Below, in pieces: positions 34,936 to 49,570 of a stretch of DNA of 64,000 nt (positions are counted from its first letter, which is position 1; each line of letters begins with the position of its first letter). Below the pieces are notes generated by a model, which was given only the letters and a program-made list of their open reading frames with translations, ran no database searches and had not been told where the DNA came from. The position numbers were made by a program, and so were the translations under genes. This DNA is from Mobula hypostoma (Eukaryota), in assembly GCF_963921235.1 (NCBI RefSeq), contig NC_086097.1, positions 53,570,001 to 53,634,000 of the forward strand. The letters run 5' to 3'.

Positions 34936-36460
34936 TGTTAGTCATATGTATGGCATTCTGGATTGAGTTGGTAGTCCTGGGTCTCAGACAGGATGCAATG
35001 CCAACTCATTGCATCCTGTGAGTTTTTTCAATTGCTTTACTTTGAGTTTATATTTCTTAAAATAGCCCTGAAATGGCCTAAGATACATCACCCAGTCATA
35101 TGTTTGTACATCAGTTAAAGGTCAAGACTTGTTTTATCAATTAGCTCCCAAATAAGTGATTAACACTCTTGATTTCCCTTTGCTGGGAATATGCCTGGGT
35201 TGCTGATAGTCTACACATGCGTTATCATTTTCCTATCATTTGGTACATGCATAATCAATCAGTATAAGAGCCCTGGAGGCTGCTACAGAATTCTGGGAAA
35301 AAATCTTGATCATCTTCGGAAAGGTTCACTAGTACTGACATAAGATGCACTTGACTTTTGACCTCGATTTCAAAGGCACCTGTGTGTGCTTTAAAAATCT
35401 GCTTTGACCAATTATCCACTTTTAACCTAAATTGTTTAAACCCTGGAACACATTAACGGGGCTGACTACACAGACATCTCGTTCTGGACTTGCTGATGTA
35501 AAGAGATCTCTTAACATGGTTAAAAGAGAATGTGGGGATGGGGCATAAGATTAATCAGTTTTCCCTATGACAGCTTCAGACAAAGCAGCATTTCAGCCAC
35601 CTGGTTTGCATCTCACACACCTGCATGGAGGTGGTGGATTGACTCTTTGTAAAGTTACCTTGATCCTTCCATTTAGAAGTATATTAAATTCCTTTATAGT
35701 AATGCCTTCACATACAAGTACCTCAATGAATCGTTGCTAAAAAGTTTTTTAAATTTCATCTTCAATTAAAATCAAATAACACAAATAATAATCAAGAGTT
35801 TTCCATGAAGTGTATATTTTTGATTCACACCCCATTTGCTTTAACCATGCATTCCTATAATACACGTTTTTGTACATAGTTTTTTTCAACACTTTTCATG
35901 TACGCAAGAGCTTAGCAATCAGCCTGAATAAGTTGAGAACAAAAAAGAAAATTGTTTGAAACCAAGCATTTCGATATTGGATTCCAACCTAGGTGTGTAT
36001 AACCTTGTTATAAAAAAAGTTCAGAAAACAGTAAAATAATTTTAATATTTCAAATAATCCATATTATTTAAAAATAGATCAGTCACTTGTTATTCAAAAT
36101 AATTATTAAAATATTGTAAAAGCAGATATCTGTTGCTAGTCATGCCTTTTAAAGATTGATCTTGGAAGTTTTAGAAGTTTTATGAAGGAACTTTTGTAGG
36201 GCCACTTTGCAGAATTGCAGCGTCCGTGCCAGAAAACTTCTCCAGCTTGCTAATGGCTGCTGTGGGCGACACTCTTAACTGCCCAATCCCACCTTCTTTA
36301 CTGACTTCGGATTTGACTCCCTGAATTCCTTGCACTTGGTAACTGTCTGCAATGAGGCTGCGGTTCAGGTGATGGCATGGTAACTTGCCGACTTCACATC
36401 TGCTCTATCTCGAAGGTAATAATAGTGAAGGGACTCAGTGCTCATCACATTGCCCTATTA

Positions 36461-37412
36461 CACTGGACAACAAATAACTTGTTTCCTGAATACTTTTGGG
36501 AGTATCTTATTTGTTTTCGGCTGCTAATCACGAAAATCACCATGAAATTTCCCTATGGTGGACCATTTTTTAAAAAACTCAGATGGTTGTTATTTCAATG
36601 CAAAATTCAAGTCAATTAAAATGTTGCCCACCAAGTAAGCTGAAAAGTTTTCTATCTTGTCCAGACATGCCAGGGCATGCTTGGGCAAGCCGAATGCTGC
36701 ATGGCAGGACAGATTTTAGAAAGGCTATAAATTTCCATGTAGCATTTCAATATTTGAGAGAGATGTTTCCCAGATTAAATGATATCAAGATTAAGGATGC
36801 CATTTTTGTTGGTCCACAAATCAAACAGGTTATCAATGACAGGCAATTCGAAGAACTTCAAGTGGTCTGGAGAAAATTGCATGGAAGGCATTCAAGGATA
36901 TTGAAAATTTTCTTGGCAACTACAGAGCACCAAATTACATGCAGCTGGTTGACAACATGCTTCAAGCATATAAAAGCGTGAAGTGCAACATATTACTAAA
37001 GATTTATTTTCTACATTCACGCTTAGACTTAGCTGCAAACCTTTATGCTGTCAGTGACGAGCATGGTGGAAGATTTCACCAGGACATTGCGGTCACAGAG
37101 AAATGGTACTAGGCAACTGGAATCCATCAATGCTGGCTGATTATTTTTGGACACTTAAACGAGAAGCCTCAGACACTGAGCACAAATAAAAATCACCAAC
37201 AAAACATTTTTTGCTTAGTTAAAGTATTGCAAAATGTTATCACTATTATGCACTTAAATGCATTATATTTAATAAAAGTTAATTTCTTGTTTCTCCAAAC
37301 TCCTACGTGATACAAGTAGTCTGAAATTATATTTGTGTTCAGCTTCAAGGGGTCTATCATAAACAAACTAAAATTCTGAGGAAGCAACACTTTAAAAAAA
37401 TTGTTTTCCATG
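36461..37412 (+). mobile_element. Internally deleted Chapaev3-like (CMC) DNA transposon
   Basis: TIR cactggacaacaaa / ttgttttcca-tg; TTA on both sides; transposase remnants FPRLNDIKIKDAIFVGPQIK, LKIYFLHS, VSDEHGGRFHQDI, MLADYFWTLKR. Confidence 0.75.
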
Positions 37413-39664
37413 TTATCAGCAAACCTAACTTTGTTTAGGTTTGTTTATCTTTATCTCAATTTGCATAGTTTTATGTTATACAAGTCCTAGAATTTCAGTA
37501 TTACATTTTAATGACATTAATGTAAATGCTAAATCTTCAGACAGTTAAATTGATGTGATGCGGAAAGAGACTGGCTGAAAATTTCAGAGGTGTCGTCTGG
37601 AATGAGTACTAATATAACTAATACATTTATTGCTGTATGTTTAGCATTGACTTTCCCCTCCTCTTTTTAGATGCAATTCACCAAAAATGGAAAAAAAGTA
37701 CATTCATGTAGCACTTTTAAGTAGCTTAAAAAGTACTGAGTGTTTCCACAGTTGATAATGTTAGCAACATTTACCAAATGCACAAAGGAAAAGATTCAAG
37801 ATTGCACCCACATTCAGAAAAAATGCAACATTCGCACTGACTACTTCAAAGCTCTGCCCTGTTGCACTAAAAGTGAGAAGGAACGTTCAGGATGATATTG
37901 AGGCTGTTGAGTCCACACAGGGATCCCAACACAACCCTAGCGTAAACAGCAACATGAGGGAGCACCTTCCAGTCTAACAACCACCCCCCCCCCCACTCTC
38001 TGACACGTTTTATTCCAGCTATGGAAGTATCTGTGATTCTCGCAGGTCTAGTCAGTTACTCAAACCCACAAGTCTGGAGAGGAAACTGGTCGCCTTTGAT
38101 TACCTAAGAGGAGGGAGAAGAATCTTCATACTAATGAGGGTAAATTCTGGAACTTTCAAATTAACTCCACTTGATGGTTACCAAATCTCTTATCTGACAC
38201 ATCCTCTCTTGACACCTCTCCTGAACAATAATCTTGCATTTCCTATTCTTCAAAAATGAAGAATCTTGTAGTAAAGCGTGGGCAGGAAAGGGAAGCTGGA
38301 AGTGAAACTACTTACGACGCAAATGTCCAGAAATGAGATCCAGGCCACCACAAAACAAAACCTTTGAAGATACCTCTAAGAATTTATAAAATATTTATGA
38401 TACTGAAAGGAAGATTATAGTTGTTTATCCTCAAGGGCTTTCTCCAAAAGTTGTTTCCAGAATTGAGATGTAGTAACAGCCCTGATAGGCATTTTGATTG
38501 TCAATTTGTTGTGTGTGGAAGAAGAACAGAGGAGGCAATTATTTATTGAGCTAAAATTGGAAAAATCTAGAGATACACAGTATATCAGTCAACACTTGTA
38601 AGTGATTTTCAGTATCTTTTTAGTCTGTAAAAATTTCTTCTATCTTTCCAGATGAAAGATGTCAGTGCCAGTTAAAAATTTCAATTTAAATTATAACATG
38701 CTTGCTGCTACAAGGGCCAAGTTGTTGTGTCAGGCAATGTAATTTTCCATTAGCAATAATTCCCCTTATTTTGCACAGGCCAAATCCAACAGTGTAATCA
38801 ATACTGTTTCATAGTTTTGCAATTTATCTATAATGTTACTCATTAAATTGAGCCTTTAATGTAAAACGTGTATACTTTGAGAAGATTTCTCTACACATGG
38901 GAGAAATGAGTGGCAAGACTCAAACTCAAATAGTCCTTGATGAATTCAATTAGATATTCAGGCAGAACATCTTTATCCAGGGGATGGTTAGAATATGGTA
39001 CATGCAATTGAAAGGACCAGTTACGTTAACTGCACTTATACTTTACTAGGGAAAGTTAGACAAATATCTGAACGAAACAGGAATAGGCTATGTATATTTG
39101 GTTGGATGAAGAAAAGTGGACTGAAAAATCTGCTTTTAAACTCTGAACATAATGCAACAATTTAATAGAATGTAAGATCAAATGCATGCAGATAGACTGG
39201 GAAATAAGTATCTAGCCCTGGAGGGATATAGGGGGGGGGGAAAAAACCCACAATAATAATAGGTTTCAAGAATTTTTTTTCAAAAGACATAAAAGTGAAG
39301 GAGGGAGTTGCAGAAGAGAGGGCTTCAGAACGGAGGTCCAACATACAGAGAAAACACAATCTGCCATCAATAAAAGTTTGTTTTATAGGTTTGATTGTCT
39401 TAATGGGCTTCCCCTACACACATCTCTGCTTCAAACATTAAATGTTTACTCCCTTCACCTTCAGTGTCACTGCGAACAGTAAAATGGCAGTGAAAATCCA
39501 GCACCAGAGCTTGATCTGTTATGCTGAAAGAGGAAGACACATGCCTTTAATTTGAATACTATATGGTATTCAAGTGCAGGTCAAATTAGATTTAGTTAGT
39601 GCTGGGATCCCCTGGCCACTTCAGAGTCCAGCTGAAGTTAATTTAAATATTCAGACAGCTCAAG

Positions 39665-39682
39665 TGCTGCCACCTGCTGGGA
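39665..39682 (-). promoter_or_regulatory. Candidate CTCF-binding motif
   Basis: Minus strand ccagcaggtggcagca closely fits the CTCF core consensus and lies in unique sequence. Motif match only. Confidence 0.35.
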
Positions 39683-39999
39683 GGTTCTAATCACAGATGG
39701 GCAGAGCTCTTTTCTCAAAAGACAATACAACTCCTTACAATTCATAGAGGAATGCACGCAGATCTAGATAATGGTAAGGATTTCTGTTCAGGAGAAAGAT
39801 CATTAAAATTAATAACACAAGTATCACAGATTTTGCACAATACAATGTTCCACGTACAAAACAAAAGAGAAGCACACAAAAGGTACATTGTTTCAATGTC
39901 CCTTCAGCTAAGAAAACCTCAAATAGGCTAATAAAATAATTGCAAAATGGAGAGTTACAATTTTGCCACTTGAACAAAAATCATAAATATGTCCTTTAT

Positions 40000-42900
40000 A
40001 ACTATGAGAAAGAACTCCGAGGTAGAAATGTCTGGATTACTCCCAGTGCCACGTACTAGTCAGGGCAGAAATGGGATGAATGAGTGGCTGAGAAGTACTG
40101 GGGGAGCAGGTAGTGTTTCAGCCGCTTAGATCATTGGAACCACTTCTGGGAAAGGGGTGAACTGAACTGGAATCAATATCCTGGCCAGGAGGTTTGCTAG
40201 TGTTCATAAAACTGGTTTAAACTAGTTTGGCAGGGGATGGAAACCCCTGCACCAGGCCAGAAAGTGGATGGATGGAGAGGAAGATCAGTCAAGGCTGGTA
40301 AAAACAGGTAGGAGCAAAGTAATAGAAACAATAGGAGGCATAGTTCAAAGTGTGCATGTATATTTTAATGCTAGATGTATTATGGGAAAGGAGATGAACT
40401 TCGAGCATGGATCAGTACATGGAACTATGATGTTGTGGCCATTACTGAGACCTTGTTGAGAGAGGTGCTCAATGTCCCAGGTTTTTGATAGTTTAGAAAA
40501 GATAGAGAGGGAAGTAAAGAGGTGTGGGGGGCAGTTGCACTCCTAATCAGGGACAGTATCACAGCTGCTCTCAGAGGGGTTACTGGCACCTTAAAACCGG
40601 TCGCTTCGGGCAGATGGGGCTCGTCAGCCGTTGTTGGCAGTTCATCCAGAGGGATCTCAAAACTCTGCAGCTCTGCGGCTACAGCCACTCATGGGGAAAG
40701 TTTCGGGAGTAAACCAAAAAATCTGAAGTTGGTGTCCCTAAGGCCAATCTGCGTTGAGTTCAACCCTGATTGGCAACTCCTATGACAGCGCTGGTACCAA
40801 ACTATACTGGTCTCTGCCGTTCCTTTGGATTCATCAGCTCCATGGCAACAACCTTCTCTCCATATCATACTGCTCTGGCTTGCCCATCACCTAGACAGCT
40901 GGGCACAACATCCATGGTTGACCCTAACCAAAGGAGGGCCTCAGCTCAGAGGGAACATAATGGAAGGCACATCCACTGAGTCCTTCTGGGTAGAATTCAA
41001 AAATAGGAAGGTGCAATCATCTTTAATTGTATGTAATGGTAATGGACACCCTCCCCCGAAAGCCCCGGGGACATTGAGGAACAGATATGCAGACAAATTA
41101 CAGAAAGGTGTAAAAACAATAGGTTGATGTCATAGGGAACTTCAGCTTCTTTAATATAAACTGGGACCTTCTTAGTGCAAGTGGTTTAGATGGAGCAGAA
41201 TTTGTTAAGTGCATCCTGAAGGCTGTCTTAAATCAATTTGTAGATAGTCCAACAAGAGGAGGAGCAGTACTGAACCTAATGTTAGGAGTGAGTCTGGCCA
41301 GGTGACTGACCTTTCCGTGGTTGAACAGTGAACACAACTACTTAAGTTTTAAGATTGCTATAGATAAGGGGAAATACCTTTGTGGGAGAATATTAAATTG
41401 GAGCAGCTCAAATTAAGAGAGTATTAAGTGGGAACTAGGGTGAGTTAATTGGGAACAGCTGTTTTTGGACAAGTTCACATCTGACATGTGGAAGGTTTTT
41501 AAAGACCAACTGCACAGACTACAGGACAGGGATGGCAAAAGAATCTTGGATGTTGAGGGAAGTGATGAATTTAGTCAAGAAGAAAATGGAAAAGTATGCA
41601 AAGTGTTGGAAGCTAGAATCATAATCCCTGAGGATCATAAAGAAGCCAGAAAAGAACCCAAAGAGGGAATGAGGAAAACCAGGAGCGGTCATGAAAAGTC
41701 CTTATCAAGTAGGATTACAGAGAATCCCAAGGCATTCTATGTATACATCAAGGTGATAACTAGGGTGACGGTAGAACCACCAAAGCATAAGGGGACAACA
41801 TTTGCTTGGATGTGGAAGATGTGGGTGAGGTCCTTAATGAATACTTTACATCAGTATTTACCAATTAAATGAATTGGGAGGCCAATGTTGAGAGTATTAA
41901 TATGCTATGAGATTTTGAAGTAAAGCAGGAAGTGAGTCTCTTAAGACTATTAAGGTGGATAAGTCCCTTGATAGGATATGGCCCAGGTTATTGAGAGATG
42001 AAAGAGAAGAGATTGCAGATGCCTTGACCAATACCCTTGTGTCCTCTCTAGCCACAAGTGATGGCCCAGAGGACTAGTGAGTAGAGATAATCCTGGAAAC
42101 TGTAGACTGGTCAGTCTCATGTCAATGATAGGGAAGTTACTGGAGATACTTCTTGGGGATAGGATTTATGAGCATTTGGAACCCCACGGCCTAGTTGGGG
42201 AGAGTCAGTTAGCTTTGTGTGGGATAAGTCATGGCTTACTAACATTGAGTTTTTTGACAATGGGATGAGGGTGATTGTTGAAGATAGAGCTGTGGATGCG
42301 ATTAATGTAGATTTTAGTAACATTTGACAAGATCCCTCATTGAGGAGCTCATCCAAAAGATGAAGATGCATAGGATCCATAGTGAATTGGTTGTTTGGAT
42401 TCAGAACTGGCTTGCCCATAGAAGACAAAGGGTGGAGGTCAAAGGGACATTCTAGCTGGGGATCTGTGATTAGTGGTGTTCTGCAGGGATCTGTAGTGAG
42501 ACCTCTGCTACCTGTCATGTATATAAATGATCTGGATGAAAATGTAGATGGGTTGGTTTGTAAGTTTGCAGATGATATGAAAATTGGTGGCATTGTGGAT
42601 GGCTTACATGACTAGTTTAAAACACAGCGGGATATGGATCAGTTGTAGATATAGGCGGAGAAATGGCAGATGGAGTTTAATCCGGCCAAATATGAGGTGC
42701 TGCATGTTGGTAGGTCAAATGTAAAAAAGGTAAGCTCTGGAACGGTGTTGCCGAGCAGAGGGATCTTGGGTTCAAGTTCATAGCTCCCTGAAAGTAGCAA
42801 CACAGATTGACAGGGTGGTTTTGTTTTTAAAGAAGGCTTACGGAATGCTTGCCTTACTTAGTCGAGGATTGAGTTCAAAAGCTAGGAAGTTGCAGCTTTA

Positions 42901-43410
42901 TAAACCTCTAGCTGGGTCACATCTGGAGTATTGCATACAAAATAGTCGCCCCATTGTAGGAAGAATAGCACGGCTTTGGAGGGAGTGTGGAAGAGGTTTA
43001 CCAGGAGGTTGCCTGCATTAAAGGGCATATGCTACAACAAGAGGTTGGACAAATTTGGAATGTTTTCTCTAGAGCGGTGGAGGCTGAGGGTGACCTGATG
43101 GAGGTTTATAATGATGATGAGAGGCATAGTAGACAGACAGTGTGCTTTTCCTTGGGGTGAAGTGTCTAATATCAAAGAGATGCATTTAAGGTGAGAACGG
43201 ATCATTTCAAAGGAAATGTGAAGGTCATTTTTTCCCCCACACAGTGTAGTGGCAGAGACAGATACACTAGTGACATGAGTGGGAGGAAAATGGAAGGATA
43301 TAGACATTGTGTAGGCAGAGGGAATTAGTTTAGTTGGCCTTTTGATTGTTAATTTAATTGGTTTGAGTCAACATTGTGACCCAAAGGGCCTGTTTCTGAG
43401 CTATGCTGTC
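40000..43410 (+). mobile_element. Degraded near-complete CR1 LINE
   Basis: Esterase remnant, YFNARCI, ENPKAFY, DNPGNCRLVSL, SGVLQGS..YINDLD..KFADD, CR1 3' end ccaaagggcctgtttctg. Confidence 0.85.
40579..40944 (+). mobile_element. Short non-autonomous retroposon, probably RTE-derived, inserted in the CR1
   Basis: 9-bp TSD ctcagaggg (40570-40578, 40945-40953); interrupts the CR1 APE region. Confidence 0.6.
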
Positions 43411-43994
43411 CTGCAGCTGAATCTCAGAAGGTAAGTACAAAGGCACCCAACACTGGAAAGCCCATTCACAAACTTCTCTTCTCACCTCCTTGCATTCATA
43501 GTTTGCACTAATGGGTGTTCCATTGACTTGGCTGGTGTTACGAGCAACTGAGATTTCCACAAATTATACTGCATTAAAAAAATTTGTGTTTTTTGTTTGC
43601 TTAACATTTTTCTGCTTTAACATACATAATTTATTAAATAACATATGCATGGTTTTATATTTAACTTTTGTGATTTGTAAGTCCGAATATTGTCTTTAAA
43701 ACATTACTGACACTTGACCAGCAATCCACAGGTTTCTGAAGTAAACAGATCTGCGGAACTTGCAAATTTATCTTACAGATGGATCAACTAATTTCACTGG
43801 TCATTTATAAATTTGGATACATTTATGAAAGGAAAGAATGTAGCATTTTTGTCAAATTAGATCATTATGGCCTAGAATTCTCTTGGAATGTATTTTCAAG
43901 TTAATTCTTTTTACAAAGATTCATTGGCCAGTGCCCTGTAGAGGGAGTATTATTTGAGGTTTGTTCATCTACTTGTACCCCCGCAAAAATCATA

Positions 43995-45760
43995 GCAAGA
44001 GAGCAATACAGTACAGAAACAGGTCCTTTAGCCCATCTAGTCTGTGCCAAACTGTTATTCCGGCTAGTCCCATTAACCCTCCATATCCCTCCCAACCACA
44101 TACTTATCCAAACTTCCCTTGAATGTTGCAATCTAATCCACATCCACCACTTCTGCCATCTCATTCCACACTCGCACCATCCTCCGAGTGAAGAAGTTCC
44201 CCCTCAGGTTCCCCTTAAACATTTCACCTTTCACCCTGAACCCCTGACCTCCAGTTCTAGTCTCACCCAACCTCAGTGGAAAAAGCCTGCTTGCACTTAC
44301 CCTATCTGTACCCCTCATAATTTTGTATACTTCTGTCAAATCTCCCCTCATTCTCTTGTATCCCAGGGAATAAAGTCAGAACCAATCCAACCTTTCCCCG
44401 TAGCCCTGTACTCTTGTGGATATCTTTCCTGTAGGTAGGTGGCCAGAGCTTCCCACAATACACCAAATTTGGCCTCTGCAACATATTATACAACTTCAAC
44501 ATAATATCCCTATTCAACACTCTAATTTATGAAGGCCAGTGTGCCTGAAGTTCTCTTTATGATCCTATGTACCTGTGTCTCCATCTTTTTTAAGCAATTG
44601 TGGATCTGTAATCCCAGGTCCATCTGTTCTTCTACACTTCTCAGTGCTCTGCCACTCACAGTGCATGTCCTACCCAGGTTTGTCCTCCCAAAATGCAACA
44701 CCTCACACTTGTCTGCATTAAATTCCATCTGCCATTTTCAGCTTTATTTTGCTGATCCAGTTACAACATTATCATCCAAATAATTTATGTAAATAACAAC
44801 AGACCCTGAGACAATCCTTGTGATACATCACTGGTCACAGGCCTTCAAATAGAGGCAACCATTTAATACTACTCTTTGGCTTCTCCCTCTCAGCCAATTT
44901 ACTACTTCATACTGAATGCCAAGGGCCTGAACCTTCAGGAGCAGCCTCCCACGTGGGACTTTGTCAAAGGCCTTGATGTCCATGTAGACAAGATCCATTG
45001 CCCTTCTTTCATCAACTTCCTGGTAGCCTCCTCAAAAAAACTTCATAAGATTGGTTAGGCAAGACCTACTACACACAAAGCCATGTTGACTATCTCTAAT
45101 CAGACCCGATCTATCCAGATACTTATATCCTCTAGTTAATAATGCATTCCAGTAATCTACCCACTACAGAAATCAGGCCACTGGCCTATAATTTTCTGGT
45201 TTATTCTTAGAGCCTTTCTTGAACCACAGAACAACATCAGCTATCCTCCAGTTCTCCAGCACCTCACCCATGGTTACAGATATTTTAAATATCTTGCTGA
45301 AGAGTCCTGACCTGAAAAGTCACCTGTTTATTCCTCTCCATAGATGCTGCCCGACTTGCTGAGATCCTCCTACACCTTGTGTGTTACTCTGGATTTCCAG
45401 TATCTTGCAATTTATGTACGAGCTGCCTGTCCAGGCCCAGGGACTTTTCCACCCTAATTTTCATTAAGACAGCAAGCATCTCCTCTTCTGTAATCTGGAA
45501 ATGTCCTCACTACTGCTTTGCTTCAGTTCTATAGATTCTGTGCCTTCTCTCAAGTAAGTACACATGCAAAAAATCCACTTAAGATCTCTACCATCCATGC
45601 ATAAATGACCACACTGATCTTCATGAGGACCAATTTTGTGTCTCCTATTCTTTTGCTCTGTATATGCGTATCTATAGAAGTCCTTTGGATTTTCCTTCAC
45701 CTTGTCTCATGCCTTCTTTCGGCCCTCCAGGATTTCTCTCTTAAGTGCTCTCTCACATTT
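43995..45760 (-). mobile_element. Degraded CR1 LINE containing a Penelope pLTR remnant (~45300-45405)
   Basis: ORFs MEFNADKCEVLHFG, MRGDLTEVYKIMRG..RGNFFT, KENPKDFY. Confidence 0.87.
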
Positions 45761-47250
45761 CTTACACATTGTGTAGATTCTGCTGCAAAACCAATGCAAA
45801 TAGCTGGAAGCTCTTAAACTTCCTCAGAATTCTTATGTAATTCAGTCAGATCGGATCCTTCAGCCAAATGTTTCTTGGCATTTTCATGTTGCCCTCTAAT
45901 TTCTGTCATACCAAAACATAATAACACTGAACAATGCAACTTGCTTTGTCACCAACAATAATTGAAGAATTTTATTGGATTTGAATTTCCTTTGGAGATC
46001 TAATGCACCAGGCAGGCACAATCTCATGTCTGTAAGCACCACATACAACCAAAATTGTAACAGTGCTTCTCTCACCCTAAACCTTTAAAGTGCTGTTGTA
46101 AAATGTTCATGATCCTTGCTGGGTCTGGCAAGGTAAGTAATGGGCAAACTGTTATTCTTGATTTCTCATCCATCCTCTTATTCTTGCAGGTTTACTACAC
46201 CTTTAATCTGAGGCTAGTAAAATAATTGCCTGAAACACTACATCTGAAATTCAGGAAATGCTATATTGTATGTATTTAGTGACAATATTTTTGATTCTTA
46301 AAATTACTTTTTTTTTACATTGAATTTTGTGTTCATGAACTAATCTTCTAAACAAACTGATCCCTGCATTTTGGATTTGTCCATGGAGTTCTAAATAGTG
46401 TTGTATGCAACCTCATTCCTTTCTAGTGACAGATTAAACTATAAGAAATGCAAGATATCCACCCCAGTCTGTTGTCAATTCCAAGTAATGATATATCACT
46501 AGTATAAAGTCATTAGATTTTCTCTTTTAGCAGGTTCTTGGAATAGATTAGAACAGTGGAACACATGTCTGTGACAAGATGATTGAAAAAGCACTTCCTT
46601 GTTGAGGAAAGCAGATTTTACTAGTTCTGTTTTATAGCTCTCTCAACTCTGTTGTTCCTTCTTTAAAAAATGCTCTTTGAATTGTCATCTTTTCATACTG
46701 CGGAATGGCATTAGTACTTGATTTAGTAGCCTTCATTTACTGGTTTTGTTGATTTATACAATTCCAATGTTTATTATTTAGAAATTATGGCAGTGGGTAA
46801 AGCTTATTGAGTTACAACAATTATGTTGGGCTGTATAATACCTGAAGTCGTGGGGTCATGCAAGGAGGGCTTCAACTACTATGGAGATTATAGACTACAG
46901 AGTCAAAACAGATTTGCACATCTTATTTGCATTATTGGCCCAGATCTTCTGATTTAAAAGCCCATAGTTCTGCTTGGTACTGCTGCTATTACACCAGCTG
47001 GAATTTCCGGAAAAAGGCAGCCATCTTGAGCATCAACTAAACTCCTCTACTGGATTCTGCATGGAGTCTAGCATGGTAACCAACAGATTTGACTGTTTTC
47101 TCATGAGTGTGGATGGAAACATCTGTTCTGAACTAACTCCAGGTTAACCTGGTACGTTTCCAGTAGGCCCAATGATTTCAGTTGGAAGAAATGGCTATGG
47201 AGGAAAGTGTACGTGCAAAAATGCCTAATACAGGCAAATGGTATTTAGTA

Positions 47251-47822
47251 CACATTCAGTGGCCACTTTGGTAGGTACATAGGTACACAGGTACACCTGC
47301 TCCTTAATGCAAATATCTAATCAGCCAGTCAAGTGGCAGCATTTGATAAAAGCATGCAGACATCATCAAGAGGATCAGTTGTTATTCAGATCAAACATCA
47401 GAATTGGGATGAAATAAGATCTAAGTGGCTTTGACCATGGAATGATCGTTGATGCCAGCTGGGGTGGTTTGACTATCTCAGAAACTACTGATCTCCTGGA
47501 GTTTTCATGCACAATAATCTCTAGTTTACAGAAGATGGTGTGGAATTTTTTTTTTAAATCCAGTGAGTGGTAGTTATGTGGGTGAAAACATCTTGTTAAT
47601 GAGAGAGGTCAGAGGAGACTGGTCAGATGGCTTCAAGCTGACAGGAAGGCAACAGTAACTCATATAACCACACGTTACAATTGTGGTGTGCAGATGAGCA
47701 CCTCTGAATGCCAAACACATGGAACGATGATGTGTATGAGCTACCGCATCAGAAGACCAGAAGCATACACTGTGGCCACTTCATTAGGTGCAGGAGGTAC
47801 CTAATAGTGGCCAATGAATGCA
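47251..47822 (+). mobile_element. Tc1/mariner deletion derivative with transposase HTH remnant
   Basis: TIR-like ends cattcagtggccacttt / gtggccaatgaatg; DLSGFDHGMIV..ISET.DLL; ERGQRRLVRWLQADRKATV. Confidence 0.75.
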
Positions 47823-48723
47823 GATAGGCAAAAAAGTCGGCATGGATATGTTGGGATGAAGAACTTCTTTTCAGTATAGCCCCATGACTAATGTAATTTC
47901 CTGTTTTATATAACTCACTGAACAAATATACGCAAGTCTTGTTAATTGCTTCTTTGTTTTTAAGAGTACTGATTATTCTATTATAACTAGCAGTGATTTA
48001 TGATGAACAGGGCTAGCTATTTTGAAAGTTATGAATATCAGTGATATTCGCATGTATGTAATCTAGCTGAGGAATCGGGTAGGGTTAGTTCTCTTTGGGG
48101 GAAGAAGGCCCATCAGTTTTGACTGGGAAGGCCCTGTGCTGTGACTTTGTTCAGCTGGCAACTGGCTTCCTGGAGAAAGATTGCACCTCAAAAATCAACC
48201 TTCAAGAGCAGCAACAGCTGTCTTCAGTTCCACTCACTGGAAAATGTGGACTAATGTGCTCAGAGTAATTAAGTTCAAGATGGTGTTACAGTCATAGTCA
48301 GAAACATACAGCACAGAAACAGGGTCTTCAGCCCATCTGGTCTGTGCTGACCCATTTAAACTGTCTACTTGCATTGACCCAATGACTTGAATGTGTTCGG
48401 AGTAATTATGTGGAAAGTACAGAATGCCGTTATTTAACTTCGATAGGTTCGAGAGAGTGATCATTTAATTTTGACATGCTGGGAATGTATTTGCTAAAAG
48501 GGGACTTTATTATATTTTTCCAAATTTCTCCACTTCGCTCCTGAAGAGTGATTTATATAACATGGACCTGACCCGCTGTGGCTCTGTTTCATTCGCGTTG
48601 AATCAGTGAGGGACAGCAGCTTTTTGATAATGGATAGTGTTATGGTGAGGACCAAACACATTGTTCAACTGGATAATCAACAAACTGGACAATATTAAAA
48701 GGAATATGATCTTTTGCACATAT

Positions 48724-48856
48724 GTCCTGACGAAGGGTCTCGGCCTGAAACGTCGACTGCGCCTCTTCCTATAGATGCTGCCTGGCCTGCTGCGTTCACC
48801 AGCAACTTTGATGTATGTTGCTTGAATTTCCAGCATCTGCAGAATTCCTGTTGTTG
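48724..48856 (+). mobile_element. Short Penelope pLTR fragment starting at an intact hammerhead core
   Basis: gtc CTGACGA agggtctcggcct GAAAC GTC gac..gaattcctgttg, nearly identical to the reverse complement of 19497-19626. Confidence 0.88.
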
Positions 48857-49409
48857 GCATAGCTCTGTTACATACAGGAGCCTAAGGATGAATATTGCTG
48901 AGTGCACTCAGTTATCTCCGTAAAAGACTTGAAAACTTCTGTCTGTATGGCTTCACACTAGACTGGGAAATTCTTTCATGCAATGAACCATTAGGGAGCT
49001 AAATGAGAAATCATTTTCAATAAACACTTCCCCTCCTGGCTCCTATGCATCACAGTGCTGTTGCTGTCAGTGGTTCCAGCTTTGATAACAGTGCCAGACA
49101 AAGAAGTGAAATTCTCCAATTGAAAAAGAAGTATTTTCCAGGAACCCTCAATGACACCAGCATTGCCATCAGAAATGTTACTGGATGCAAGTTATATATT
49201 CCTGCTGTATTGGACTGCCTCCTCAGTCAAACAGATCAAACAGTAATTAGGGTTCGTCAGTCACAACTTTTGGGGAAAAACTTGCAGCTACATCACTGGC
49301 ATAAACAATATTCATGCAACAAGTTGCAACATTCCAGTGCCATCCACATGAACATAAATTAAGCATAATTTTAAAAAACTTTAAAGACAATCACAACAAA
49401 AATGAGTCC

Positions 49410-49570
49410 ATTTTAATGCAAGTGTTGGTGATAGTGTTGCTAAACTCCTAGTGATTAATGTTACACTGGTTGGGTCAAGAACTGAAGGGAAATGGTTGTT
49501 CTTGAACCTGGTGATGCAGGACTTCAGGCTTCTGTACTCCCTGCCCAATGGTAGCTGTGAGAAGATGCCA
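49410..49570 (-). mobile_element. Rex1/L2-like LINE 3' fragment
   Basis: FSQLPLGREYRSLKSCITRFKNNHFP in ORF 49381..49746. Confidence 0.6.

Noticed and set aside
36190..36410. Minus-strand open frame (~73 aa) followed by AT-rich sequence, as a terminal exon
   Set aside because: Weak acceptor site and no recognisable protein similarity
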